Part shown: in pieces, positions 1-8,669 of the stretch
How positions within the stretch are numbered: the first letter of the stretch is position 1
How the letters are laid out: every line of letters starts with the position of its first letter
IMG/VR virus record: IMGVR_UViG_3300028588_000039
Location: 1-43,579 of that record
Length of the DNA stretch: 43,579 nucleotides
From: a virus
Lineage: Duplodnaviria > Caudoviricetes
Direction: 5' to 3' (one strand)
Made by a program: the position numbers and the translations under genes
Notes under the pieces: model-generated
What the model was told of the DNA's origin: nothing
Seen by the model: the letters and a program-made list of their open reading frames with translations, nothing else
Databases searched by the model: none

Positions 1-83
1 AGCGCCTGACCGCGCAGGTGGGCCGTTTCCGCACCTCGGGCAGCCGTGCGCGCAACGATATGCTGAGCCTGGCTGCGGCATAA
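1..83 (+). CDS. 3' end of host gene, possibly a methyl-accepting chemotaxis protein (partial)
   Basis: Frame from base 3 reads RLTAQVGRFRTSGSRARNDMLSLAAA* (TAA 81-83); the L..(Q)V.RF tail is typical of MCP C-termini. Only 26 codons visible. Confidence 0.4.
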   Translation, partial: RLTAQVGRFRTSGSRARNDMLSLAAA

Positions 84-141
84 GCGCGGCGGCATATTTC
101 CGTAGTTTAGACTCTGTAACAGCCTGTGATAGCTACGATGG

Positions 142-218
142 AAAATGGACCGCGTTTCCCGCTATGAGAGTCGGAACGCGGTCCATATTTTACTGAAATT
201 CGTAGAATATTTTACTGA
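142..218. repeat. Probable attL region: hairpin plus two 12-bp direct repeats (candidate Int arm sites)
   Basis: ATGGACCGCGTT(T)CC ... GGAACGCGGTCCAT inverted repeat flanked by A/T tracts (145-186); ATATTTTACTGA at 185-196 and 207-218, directly after the int stop. Confidence 0.5.
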
Positions 219-219
219 T

Positions 220-1320
220 TTACGCCACCTCGACCACCTTCCAATTGCCCCGCAAGTCGTCGTATCGCTCCGTGGTTTTGGCGCTCTTATGGCCCAGGAT
301 CGACTGCGCGAACTCGGCCCCAAATTCGTCCCTGTAGAGCCGCTCCGACAAGCTGCGGATCTCATGGAAGGTGAAGGGCGTCCGGTCCTTCTGCGCCACG
401 ATGCCCGCCTTATCACGCGCTTCGTTGAACGCCCTCTCGAAACCACCGCGCTCTACTCGGTGCCCTGGCTTCGCGCTTCCCTTGTGCTGCGTGTGATGCA
501 CCAGGTATGGGCTGGCGATCGAATCCCGGCACTGCTTCACCACGTCCGCCAGGGATAGCCCCACCTTGGTCAGGCGGACCGTCCCGGCGATCGCCAGCCT
601 GGTCTTGCCGCCACTTTTCCCCTGTGCCACGTGCAGCCGCTCGTCGCGCCAGTCGACAAACTTCATGCTCAAGATATCCTCCCGGCGCTGGCCTGTGACG
701 ATCGCCAGGTTCATCGCGTTGCGCAGCCAGACCGGCGCATGCTCGCGCACCGCCAGGAACTGCTCGAGGCTCATGCGCTCGCGCGCCACCACCACCTTGT
801 GCGCCCTGGTGGCCGTCACGGGGTTGCGGCCGGCCTCAATCAGGCCCTGGGTCTCGGCCCACCGGAAGACGTCGCCGAGCTTCGATCGCATCTGGCGGGC
901 CGACGGCGCGCCGCGCTCCACCTTGTAGGCTTCGAGGTACTGCGCGATCATCAGCGTCGACACCTCCGATAACCGGCGCTGGCCGATATCCGCTTCCGTC
1001 AGCCGGCGCAAGTACATGTCCGAGGCGACCACCGTCGACGGCGCCGGCCCCACCTTGTCCAACCACAGCTCGCGATACACCGGCAGCCATTCCGCCAGCG
1101 TGTACTCGGTCTTGCCAGCCACCCAGTCGGCCAGCGACGACGGTTTCATGGCTGCCAGCTTTTCATTGGCCGCGCGCGCCTCGGTAAAAGCGTGCGTCTT
1201 GTCCCGTCCCAGCCCCTTCTGCTTCTTCGTTACCGGGTTCTTGTAGTAGAAATACCCCGCCGGGTTTTGGTACAAATTTGCGGGGAATGCCCGATTCTTG
1301 GCTAAACGTTTTCGTCCCAT
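220..1320 (-). CDS. int: Tyrosine recombinase, lambda-Int type
   Basis: Lambda-like arm-binding N-terminus (MGRKR..FPANLY...YYKNP.T....GLGRD); catalytic R (TGQRRED), HxxR (HEIRSLS), LGH and Y (ERYDD). Confidence 0.97.
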   Translation of the reverse strand: MGRKRLAKNRAFPANLYQNPAGYFYYKNPVTKKQKGLGRDKTHAFTEARAANEKLAAMKPSSLADWVAGKTEYTLAEWLPVYRELWLDKVGPAPSTVVASDMYLRRLTEADIGQRRLSEVSTLMIAQYLEAYKVERGAPSARQMRSKLGDVFRWAETQGLIEAGRNPVTATRAHKVVVARERMSLEQFLAVREHAPVWLRNAMNLAIVTGQRREDILSMKFVDWRDERLHVAQGKSGGKTRLAIAGTVRLTKVGLSLADVVKQCRDSIASPYLVHHTQHKGSAKPGHRVERGGFERAFNEARDKAGIVAQKDRTPFTFHEIRSLSERLYRDEFGAEFAQSILGHKSAKTTERYDDLRGNWKVVEVA

Positions 1321-1321
1321 A

Positions 1322-1510
1322 TCAGCTTACGTAGCGCGCGTCCCGTTTCACCTGCCATTTGCGGCCGATCTTCTGCGGCGCTGGCTGGATGTGGCCGTTG
1401 TGGACCCAGTTCAGCAGCGTGTTCGTGTGCGGCACCTTCGAGAATTGCGACTCGGCCCATTCCTGCAGGGTGATGAATCGCGATTGAATTTTTTGTTGCG
1501 TGCTTGCCAT
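1322..1510 (-). CDS. xis: Excisionase
   Basis: ITLQEWA...TLLNWVHNGHIQPAPQKIGRKW matches the lambda Xis pattern; immediately upstream of int. Confidence 0.9.
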   Translation of the reverse strand: MASTQQKIQSRFITLQEWAESQFSKVPHTNTLLNWVHNGHIQPAPQKIGRKWQVKRDARYVS

Positions 1511-1516
1511 TTTCCT

Positions 1517-1687
1517 CTACCTCTCTCTCGGATATGCCCGGCGCTCGCCGAACACCTGCTGCTCACGGGTCAGCGGCGCTGCCGCCGGCACCGTGCCGCG
1601 GCGCTCGTACGCCAGCCTGCGCTGGTCGGCCGCCGGGCCGGTGAAGTGCGACGCGCCGCTACGGCGGTCTGGTCCTCGTTCGATCAT
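1517..1687 (-). CDS. Hypothetical protein (56 aa)
   Basis: MIERGPDRR...; ATG overlaps the upstream TGA (ATGA). Confidence 0.5.
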   Translation of the reverse strand: MIERGPDRRSGASHFTGPAADQRRLAYERRGTVPAAAPLTREQQVFGERRAYPRER

Positions 1688-2643
1688 GATGCCTCCGGGA
1701 AGCCGTCGTGCTGCACGCCGTCCAGCTTGCGGCCGGCGGCTTTCTTGCCCACGCGCGCAACCTGCTGTCGGTCTTCGAAGCCATGCCACTGCGGTTTATC
1801 CGTGAACGGTGCGGCACCTTCCAGGATGAGCGTCTTGCCCAGCACGCTTCTGCCTTCGATCGCCGGCAGCCACTCGCCCCACTGCTTGAACAGGAACGGC
1901 ACGCCGGCGCCCTTGCACTGGTCGCGCAGGCCGCGGGCCCAGTCCGGATGCATCGGCCGCGCGCCAGGTCCACTCTCGCCGCCGACGATGACCCAGTCGA
2001 TGCGTTGCAGGCCGGCCTGCTTCGGGTTTCGCCTTGCCATATCGAGGCAGCCGGCACACCGGCACAGCACGTCGCCGGTAGCGAGCAAGTCGACCGGGCC
2101 GAGCAGCGGCTCCATCGAAAGGAACCGGCGGCGCGCCGGCACCGCCAGCAGCTTCGGGATGTCGCGATCGGCCTCGGCCTGGTTGACGATGGTGGCGCCG
2201 AGCCAGACGTTGCGCTGGCCAGCCAGCCAATCGTGCGAGCGGGCATCAGCCACCATGCGGAACACGTTGCCGATCCGCTTCGTCAGCAGCAGCCAGTCCA
2301 AGTTCGGCATCAGCTCGATCAGGTCGAACAGGTCCCGGCGCCACGCCGGGTCGACTGCATTGTCGAACACGTCGGCCAGGCTGGCGCAGAACACTCGCTG
2401 CCGGCGGCCGTGCACGGCGAAGAACTCGGCGTGCGCCGCATTCCAGGCCAGCGGCTTGCGCCAGTTCGTTGGCGAGGTGCGGCGCCGTGGCGCGCCCGGG
2501 CCCCAGTTCACGGCCTGGCCGCCGGCGAAGCGCGCGTTGCGCGTCTCGGCGTAGCAGTGGTCGCAGCCGGGCCCAACCTTCTGGCAGCCTTCCCAGGGAT
2601 TGAAGGTGTGGTCGGTCCATTCGATTTTGCTGTTCTCGCTCAC
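1684..2643 (-). CDS. Phage Gp37/Gp68 (DUF5131) family three-Cys protein
   Basis: SKIEWTDHTFNPWEGCQKVGPGCDHCYAE, VFCASLADVFD, LLTKR, SMEPLLG, WVIVGGESG, PFLFKQWG; GTG start overlapping upstream stop. Confidence 0.9.
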   Translation of the reverse strand: MSENSKIEWTDHTFNPWEGCQKVGPGCDHCYAETRNARFAGGQAVNWGPGAPRRRTSPTNWRKPLAWNAAHAEFFAVHGRRQRVFCASLADVFDNAVDPAWRRDLFDLIELMPNLDWLLLTKRIGNVFRMVADARSHDWLAGQRNVWLGATIVNQAEADRDIPKLLAVPARRRFLSMEPLLGPVDLLATGDVLCRCAGCLDMARRNPKQAGLQRIDWVIVGGESGPGARPMHPDWARGLRDQCKGAGVPFLFKQWGEWLPAIEGRSVLGKTLILEGAAPFTDKPQWHGFEDRQQVARVGKKAAGRKLDGVQHDGFPEAS

Positions 2644-3131
2644 GCTGCACCGCCTTTCGGCTGGATGGCGGCCATGGCTGGCTGCTGGTGCTGCTCGCAC
2701 TTGGCGAATACGTATCGATCAAGGCTTGCCACGAAACGCAGGGACATTGCCGCCGTCTGGATAGCTTCGGTGCGCAACTCGTCGGCCTGTACCTTGTGCG
2801 GCTCATAAGTCGTTTGCAGCACAGCCTTCGTCAGTTCGCCAAATTCCTCGCCCAGCACGGCAATCGCGTGCAGCGGATCGGTCGGCCAAGTCGGGAACTT
2901 GCGTGTTGCCCGCGCGACCTCATCGAGTATCGCCGCAACATTGTCGGAATCCGCCGGCGCAATCTCCAGCAGCCGTGCCACCTCGGCCGGCGTGCCGATG
3001 GCGATGACCTGGTCGCCGCCCGGGATGAGCACCACGTTCGCCGCGGTGCTGGTGTAGTGCTGCAGCTCGAGTGCGGCGGCCAGCAAGCGCAAGCGCTTCG
3101 CTTCGAGTCGGATGTTTGTCGATTCATTCAT
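2640..3131 (-). CDS. Protein with MazG-like nucleotide pyrophosphohydrolase domain
   Basis: AVLGEEFGELTKAVL...ELRTEAIQTAAM helix motifs; AGGAGA RBS before ATG at 3131. Confidence 0.6.
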   Translation of the reverse strand: MNESTNIRLEAKRLRLLAAALELQHYTSTAANVVLIPGGDQVIAIGTPAEVARLLEIAPADSDNVAAILDEVARATRKFPTWPTDPLHAIAVLGEEFGELTKAVLQTTYEPHKVQADELRTEAIQTAAMSLRFVASLDRYVFAKCEQHQQPAMAAIQPKGGAA

Positions 3132-3175
3132 GCAATTCTCCTGTGCTACGATTAAATTTTTACAACGAGGCAAAT

Positions 3176-3823
3176 GTGAAAAAACTCCGCCAGCTATTGA
3201 AGGTTCTTCCCCTGATTCTTGTCGGCGTATCGGCATGCATCGGAATCTTGGTACTTGTGCAAGCTGCGGGGCCAAGCCTCTGGAGTGAAAAGGGCGCTGG
3301 CTGGGCGCAAGCCATCCTGACCACAGCCGGCATCGCTTTCGCCTTGTACACCGCACAAGGGGCGCAGCAACATGTCGAGAATCTCAAGCGCGAGGACCTC
3401 AAACAAAAACGTCAGGGCGTTCTCGCTATTGCTAATGCAGCATTCGATAACATTCGTGCCGTGGACCTTGATGCAACCCAAGGCCGCTTGCATTTCTTCT
3501 TCGAGGAAACTTATTACCCTGGCTACTTTGCACATGCGCTGGCCGCTCTTCGTGCGATTCCGCTGCATGAGCTGCTGTCGTACAACATGACCGTTGGTGT
3601 ACTGGACATAGTCAACGTCTTGACGCGAATCGAGCGATTTTGCGAAGCACACAGCGAAGGTGCTGACAACTGGCTTTCGCTGGAAGAGGCCTACTACCTG
3701 AAGAACAGCGAGAAGCTTTCTGACGCCATAAGAGCTTTCAACTTCATTCAGGGCGGCGCGCAAGGATTGTCGACGGAAGAGATCGAACGACAGAACGGCG
3801 CCAGCGATCCGGCCGATTTCTAA
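3176..3823 (+). CDS. Moron membrane protein (two N-terminal TM segments)
   Basis: GAGG RBS plus GTG; hydrophobic LPLILVGVSACIGILVLV and WAQAILTTAGIAFALY; lower GC, opposite strand to neighbours. Confidence 0.7.
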   Translation: MKKLRQLLKVLPLILVGVSACIGILVLVQAAGPSLWSEKGAGWAQAILTTAGIAFALYTAQGAQQHVENLKREDLKQKRQGVLAIANAAFDNIRAVDLDATQGRLHFFFEETYYPGYFAHALAALRAIPLHELLSYNMTVGVLDIVNVLTRIERFCEAHSEGADNWLSLEEAYYLKNSEKLSDAIRAFNFIQGGAQGLSTEEIERQNGASDPADF

Positions 3824-3864
3824 CCCGATTGGATTCACGCCACCGCACGAGCCCTTGAGCTGAT

Positions 3865-5673
3865 TCACGCAACTGCTCCCGGCATCGTCAACGCCATCGC
3901 CACGTTTCGCACCCAGATCGGTGTCGCGCTCAACACGAACGTCTCGCCAGACCACGCCAGTAGCAGCGTCGTGCCCATCACTTCCGCGATCGCGGTCGCA
4001 GCTGCCGGCGGCACCAGGTTGCCGATGTGCTCGCGCCACACGCTGTCGCTCATCCCGTCCAGCAGCAGGTGCTCCTCGGGCTCGATCAGGCTCTGCAGCG
4101 CGGCCAGCTCGAGCGTGGTGAGCGGGCGGTGCCAGGTGCCGTCGAGCGCGCGGATGATGGCGATGGTCTTCTGGTCCGGCGCCGGCAACGCATCGATGCG
4201 CGGATCAGCGACCGACCACCGGCCGTTATCCTGGCGTGCGGACGCGCTGACAGCACCGCTCGGCGAATCCCAGGGCACCACACCATAGTGGCCGCCGGTC
4301 AGGTAGGCATCGCCCTGCTTACGCGTATTCAAGCTGGTGCGAGGGTCAGCAACGGCAAAGGCGCCTTGGCCTGTTGTGCTGGCGGCGATCTCGGTACCTG
4401 CGGCCTGGTCGAACGGCGTGACCTGGTACTTGCCGGCGCCGTCGAAGCTGCTGGTCGACCGCGGGTCCTGCACGGCGAACATTCCCTGCCCTGGACTCTT
4501 CACGTTGATCACCGCGCCCATCGTCTCGTCCCAGCCGCACAGGCCATACTGGCCGCAGTCGTACTTGCCCGGGTCGAAGCGCGGGTCCGCGACGCACTGG
4601 CCGGTTCCGTGCGCACCAGAGACCACGCGTGCAGCCTCCTCCCAGCCGCCGACGCGCAGCTCGTTGCTGTGCTTGGCCGGCCCCATGTGACGTGGATCGG
4701 CTACTGAGAACGCACCATTGCTCGGGCCAGCGCGACCGGACACTACGCCCATGTGCTCGTCCCAGCGGTTCACGCCCAAGTAGTCGGAGCGGTATTCCGG
4801 AACGATCAGGTAATCGCGTAGGTGGCCATTCTCTACCGCCAGCTTGTTCAGCGAACGCCAGTCACTGCCAGCCTCGACGAAAGCCAGGCGCACCCACGTC
4901 TTCCACTGCAGGCGCGGGATGCGGTGCATCGGGCCGGCCGCCTCATCGCCCGGGAATGGCATGCGGCCGAGCACATCGCCCACGGGGCGCAGACGCTTCT
5001 TCTCTGGCTCGTACAGGAACGGCGGTACCTTCTCGGCGTGGCGCGCCACCAGGAGGAAGCGCTTGCGCGATTGCGCCAGGCCGCCCAGCTCGCCGCAGTC
5101 GTGCGTCGTCTCGGCGACGGCGTAGCCGTAGCGCTGCAACACCTGATTGATCTGGTCCAGCAAGTGCCGGCCGCGCGTGGCCAGCCGCGGCACGTTCTCG
5201 AACACGATCAGGTCGACCGGATCGTCGGCCCAGGCCTCGGCCATCAGCCAGATGCAGCGCAGGGTCAGCTCGTTCAGGGCCTGGTACTTCGGCGTCAGGC
5301 TCATCGTCTCGGACAGCAGACCGGAGGCGCCCTTGCACGGACTGCTGATGAACACGATGTTCGGCCGCTCGTTGCCGGCGGCGCGCCGGATGTCGGCCGG
5401 GCCCATCTCGCGCCAGTCCGCCGGCGGCTCCTTACCGTGGAAGGCGACGTACTGGCCGCGGCTGAACAGGTCCATCACGGTACCTGGCACGCCGACGATC
5501 CGGTTGAAGTCACGGATGGCCGAGGGCGAGACATCGACGCCGCCCAGGCAGCGGAAGCGCGCGGACATGGTTCCGACACGCGGATTCGCCTTGTTGAAGC
5601 CCTTGGCGCCGCCGCCGATGCCGCAGCAGAAGTGAAAGTGCTTGATCTCTTGGGTGTGGGTATCGCGGGGCAT
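3865..5673 (-). CDS. DNA (cytosine-5)-methyltransferase with repeated variable region
   Basis: Motif I HFCCGIGG, motif IV SSPCKG, motif VI FENVP, motif VIII QSRKR, motif X IGNLVPP. Confidence 0.92.
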   Translation of the reverse strand: MPRDTHTQEIKHFHFCCGIGGGAKGFNKANPRVGTMSARFRCLGGVDVSPSAIRDFNRIVGVPGTVMDLFSRGQYVAFHGKEPPADWREMGPADIRRAAGNERPNIVFISSPCKGASGLLSETMSLTPKYQALNELTLRCIWLMAEAWADDPVDLIVFENVPRLATRGRHLLDQINQVLQRYGYAVAETTHDCGELGGLAQSRKRFLLVARHAEKVPPFLYEPEKKRLRPVGDVLGRMPFPGDEAAGPMHRIPRLQWKTWVRLAFVEAGSDWRSLNKLAVENGHLRDYLIVPEYRSDYLGVNRWDEHMGVVSGRAGPSNGAFSVADPRHMGPAKHSNELRVGGWEEAARVVSGAHGTGQCVADPRFDPGKYDCGQYGLCGWDETMGAVINVKSPGQGMFAVQDPRSTSSFDGAGKYQVTPFDQAAGTEIAASTTGQGAFAVADPRTSLNTRKQGDAYLTGGHYGVVPWDSPSGAVSASARQDNGRWSVADPRIDALPAPDQKTIAIIRALDGTWHRPLTTLELAALQSLIEPEEHLLLDGMSDSVWREHIGNLVPPAAATAIAEVMGTTLLLAWSGETFVLSATPIWVRNVAMALTMPGAVA

Positions 5674-5675
5674 TC

Positions 5676-6101
5676 TTATTTTCCTAATGGTTTTGCATAG
5701 CCGGCGCACGGCGCCGACGTGGTGATGAGGTCGACCCGCGCCGGCCCGAAAAACGCCACGTCCTGCGGGTGCCGCTGCATCCCGATCTGGCGCGCCGGCA
5801 CTACCTTGGCGCCGCTAAACGCATTGCCGCGCTCTTTCTTGTCCGGCGGCGCACCATCGCTACCCAGGCGCCAAATCTGCCGGTTGAACGGCCCACGCTC
5901 TTCCGAGCGGCAGACTTCGCCCATTTCGGCCAGGTAGTTCAGGTAGCGGCACACGGTGCTGTCGGTCAGGCTAAGCTCGGCCATGAGCTCGGCCACGGTG
6001 CGCGGCTTCTCGGCCAGCAGCGCGAGGATGCTGTCGCAGGCGCGCTCGCGCGCCGCGATTCTGTCGGTGGTGGACTGGCCACTGGTAGGTTTCTTCGTCA
6101 T
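5676..6101 (-). CDS. Winged-HTH DNA-binding protein
   Basis: ILALLAEKPRTVAELMAELSLTDSTVCRYLNYLAEMGEV; ATGA-coupled start at 6101. Confidence 0.75.
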   Translation of the reverse strand: MTKKPTSGQSTTDRIAARERACDSILALLAEKPRTVAELMAELSLTDSTVCRYLNYLAEMGEVCRSEERGPFNRQIWRLGSDGAPPDKKERGNAFSGAKVVPARQIGMQRHPQDVAFFGPARVDLITTSAPCAGYAKPLGK

Positions 6102-6349
6102 GCCATATCTCCTATCAAATCCATCTGCCTCGGGTCCACATCCGTCGCCACGTAAATCACGACCTCGCCGAACTGGTCGACCGCATCGCAATCCCGCAGG
6201 CCGCGCTGGACTGCTTCGGCAGCCGCCTGGATGCACACGCGGGCGGGCTGGCGGTTGAACAGGCAGCCGTGGCAGTTCAGGCCGCGATTGTCGTCGTCTT
6301 CGATCAGCGGGCGCTCCTGCTGGCGGAACTGCATGCGGGCCGGATCCAT
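6098..6349 (-). CDS. Hypothetical Cys-rich protein
   Basis: MDPARMQF...CHGCLF...VC...DC; packed between ninB and the HTH gene. Confidence 0.6.
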   Translation of the reverse strand: MDPARMQFRQQERPLIEDDDNRGLNCHGCLFNRQPARVCIQAAAEAVQRGLRDCDAVDQFGEVVIYVATDVDPRQMDLIGDMA

Positions 6350-6350
6350 G

Positions 6351-6740
6351 TCAGCCGTCCAGACGCACGCCGTTCTCGGCAGCCCACGCATGCACGTACT
6401 CGATCAGGCTGGTCATGCGTGCCACCGTCATCTGCGCCGACGACTCGCGCAGGTTGATGAACTCGCCCTCGACGCCCGGCACGATCTCCGGTGTCAGGCC
6501 GACCGCGATGCTGTGGCCGCTGATCAGCAGGTTCTTCCACTGGTACGCGGTCAGCTGGCGGCCCAGGTACTTTGCCTTCGCGGCCAGCTCGCCGAACATC
6601 GCGTGCAGCATGGCGTTCTGCTCCAGGCTCCGCGTCGGCGGGCCGGCCTTGATCACGTAACCCTCGGGCAGGTTGCCGACCTGCTCGGCCACGTGCCGGC
6701 GGTTGGTCGGCGTGATGCGGAAGACGCGCTTTTCGGTCAC
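6351..6740 (-). CDS. ninB: NinB/Orf family recombination mediator
   Basis: TRSLEQNAMLHAMFGELA, QWKNL, RESSAQM...LIEYVHAWAAENGV. Confidence 0.88.
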   Translation of the reverse strand: MTEKRVFRITPTNRRHVAEQVGNLPEGYVIKAGPPTRSLEQNAMLHAMFGELAAKAKYLGRQLTAYQWKNLLISGHSIAVGLTPEIVPGVEGEFINLRESSAQMTVARMTSLIEYVHAWAAENGVRLDG

Positions 6741-8644
6741 GCTGCCCTCGCCTGCTCAGCAACGCCGCCGAGGTGCCGCTGCAGCGCCGCGACGATGCGC
6801 AAGAGGTCCGATTGCCGGTACAGCTTGGCCGACTTATCGGTCATGGCGTGTGCGAAGCCCAGGCGCGCCAAGCCGGCGGCGTCCAGCATGATCGGCGCCA
6901 GGCGCTCGTTGATCTGGCCGAGTCGCAGCATGGCTTCGTCGTCCAGCACCGGGCGCGCGGCGTCGATCGGCGTCACTTGAGCGGCCGGCAGCGTGCCGTG
7001 GTCCTCGTCGATATCGCAGAAGATGCTGCGCGAGCCGTTCGGGTTGCACATGATCGGCGCGCCGTCCTCGCGCTTCGCGGAGTCACTGAAATAGTGTCCG
7101 GCCGCGTTGATCGCCAGTGCCTCTGCATGGTCGGCTTCAAGCTTGTTCGCCGCCGCGATCCTGGCTGCTTGCTCTTCCAGCTGCCGCTTCGTGTCCGCCG
7201 CAACGCGTGCGCGCTCCACTGCCGCGGCCTCCTCGGCCACGCGCGCCGCTTCGGCTTGCGCCTGGCGCGCGGCTTCAGTGGCTGCCCGCTCCGCCTTGAC
7301 GCGCTCCTCTTCGGCGATCTTGGCGCGCAGCGCTTCGGCTTTCGCTGCCTCGGCCTGCTCATGGTCGGCGATGCGCAGCTTGATCAGCGCGGTCAGGTCG
7401 TCGGCGGCCTTCAACACGATCGATGGCGTGTCGGCGAACAGGAAGGCGTGGTTGCTGGCCAGCTCGCGCATCAGGCCCAGGTTGATCTGGATCCGGTCGG
7501 CCACGGCGTTGGCCTCGATCTTGAAGCGCGCCAGCTCGGTGTCGACCGCATCGCGCAGACTGGTGACGGTCTTCTTGCCCTTCATGGCGCCGGCGAAGTC
7601 CACGGCCACGGTCGGCATGTACGGGCGGCCCAGGCGCTTATTCAGGTCTGCGATGTGCGCTGCCGCCTTGTCCTTCGCCACCTGGTGGATCTCTACGCGG
7701 ATCGTCTCCTTGCGGGCCTTGACTACCTTTTCCAGCATCAGGCGGGTCTTGCGCGCCAGTTCCTTGTAGCTGGCGACCGTGCGCACCATGTCGTCGACGG
7801 CCTGCACCTGGCCCAGCGCCGAGGCTTCGGCGGCGCCCAGCGCCGTCTCGGCACGCTCCATCACCTTGATGGCCTGCTCGGCGTCGGCGAAGGCCTGGTC
7901 GTCGCTCGGGTTCGTGTCGATGTCGGCGATGAAGGATTGCAGGCGCTCGCCGAACACCACCAGGTTGTGGTTGAGGGTCAGCTGGCCGTCGACGCGGATC
8001 GACAGCGCCGGCAGGTCCTGCACTGCGCCCGGCGCCGCCGGTGGCAGCACTTCGACGTGTTGATAATTGTCGACGTCGACCTCGAACTGATCCCAGCCGG
8101 CGACGATATCGACGCGCAGCGCCGGATTCGCCTCGTACCAGCAGTGCCGAGCCTCGACCAGTTCGTCGCCTTCCCACTTCGACGCAGTGAACAGCACCTT
8201 GCCGGCGCCCGATACCATGCACTGCTGCTCCATCTGCACCTGGTACATCATTGGGAGATCGGCGCCCGTGCAGCCGTCGACCATCACGGCGCGCAGGTCG
8301 TCGTTCAGGCTCTTGTGCTCCCAGTTGATGTCCTCGGCCATCGTCAGGCCGTCGAAGCTGGCGGAATATTTGCCGTCCGAGCCGACGACCGGATACAGGT
8401 CCTGGCCGATGATCTGCTCCGCCAGCGGGCGCGCCAGCGCTTCGTAGCGGTGACCATCGTCGAAGCGTGCCTGCGTGAACGCGTCGACTTCCTGCGCGGC
8501 GCCGGTTGCGTACTCATGAACCAGTTGGCTGCGGGTCTTGTATGTAGAGACGCCCATCATGGCCGGAGCGTCGCTGGCGTTGAAGTGGGTGGCGCGGTAG
8601 GCATGCCATTCCGGCGAGCCTTGGATGAGATCATGGGTTTGCAT
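6737..8644 (-). CDS. YqaJ-like (lambda Exo family) exonuclease with long coiled-coil extension
   Basis: QGSPEWHAYR, ASDAPAMMG, GHRYE, SASFDGL, WEHKS, YQVQMEQQ. Confidence 0.9.
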   Translation of the reverse strand: MQTHDLIQGSPEWHAYRATHFNASDAPAMMGVSTYKTRSQLVHEYATGAAQEVDAFTQARFDDGHRYEALARPLAEQIIGQDLYPVVGSDGKYSASFDGLTMAEDINWEHKSLNDDLRAVMVDGCTGADLPMMYQVQMEQQCMVSGAGKVLFTASKWEGDELVEARHCWYEANPALRVDIVAGWDQFEVDVDNYQHVEVLPPAAPGAVQDLPALSIRVDGQLTLNHNLVVFGERLQSFIADIDTNPSDDQAFADAEQAIKVMERAETALGAAEASALGQVQAVDDMVRTVASYKELARKTRLMLEKVVKARKETIRVEIHQVAKDKAAAHIADLNKRLGRPYMPTVAVDFAGAMKGKKTVTSLRDAVDTELARFKIEANAVADRIQINLGLMRELASNHAFLFADTPSIVLKAADDLTALIKLRIADHEQAEAAKAEALRAKIAEEERVKAERAATEAARQAQAEAARVAEEAAAVERARVAADTKRQLEEQAARIAAANKLEADHAEALAINAAGHYFSDSAKREDGAPIMCNPNGSRSIFCDIDEDHGTLPAAQVTPIDAARPVLDDEAMLRLGQINERLAPIMLDAAGLARLGFAHAMTDKSAKLYRQSDLLRIVAALQRHLGGVAEQARAA

Positions 8645-8669
8645 GTCGGTTCCTATGGAGGCAGTTCTG

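Noticed and set aside
145-558. 137-aa plus-strand ORF over attL/int
   Set aside because: Runs through a hairpin and antisense to the int catalytic domain; no RBS or motif support.
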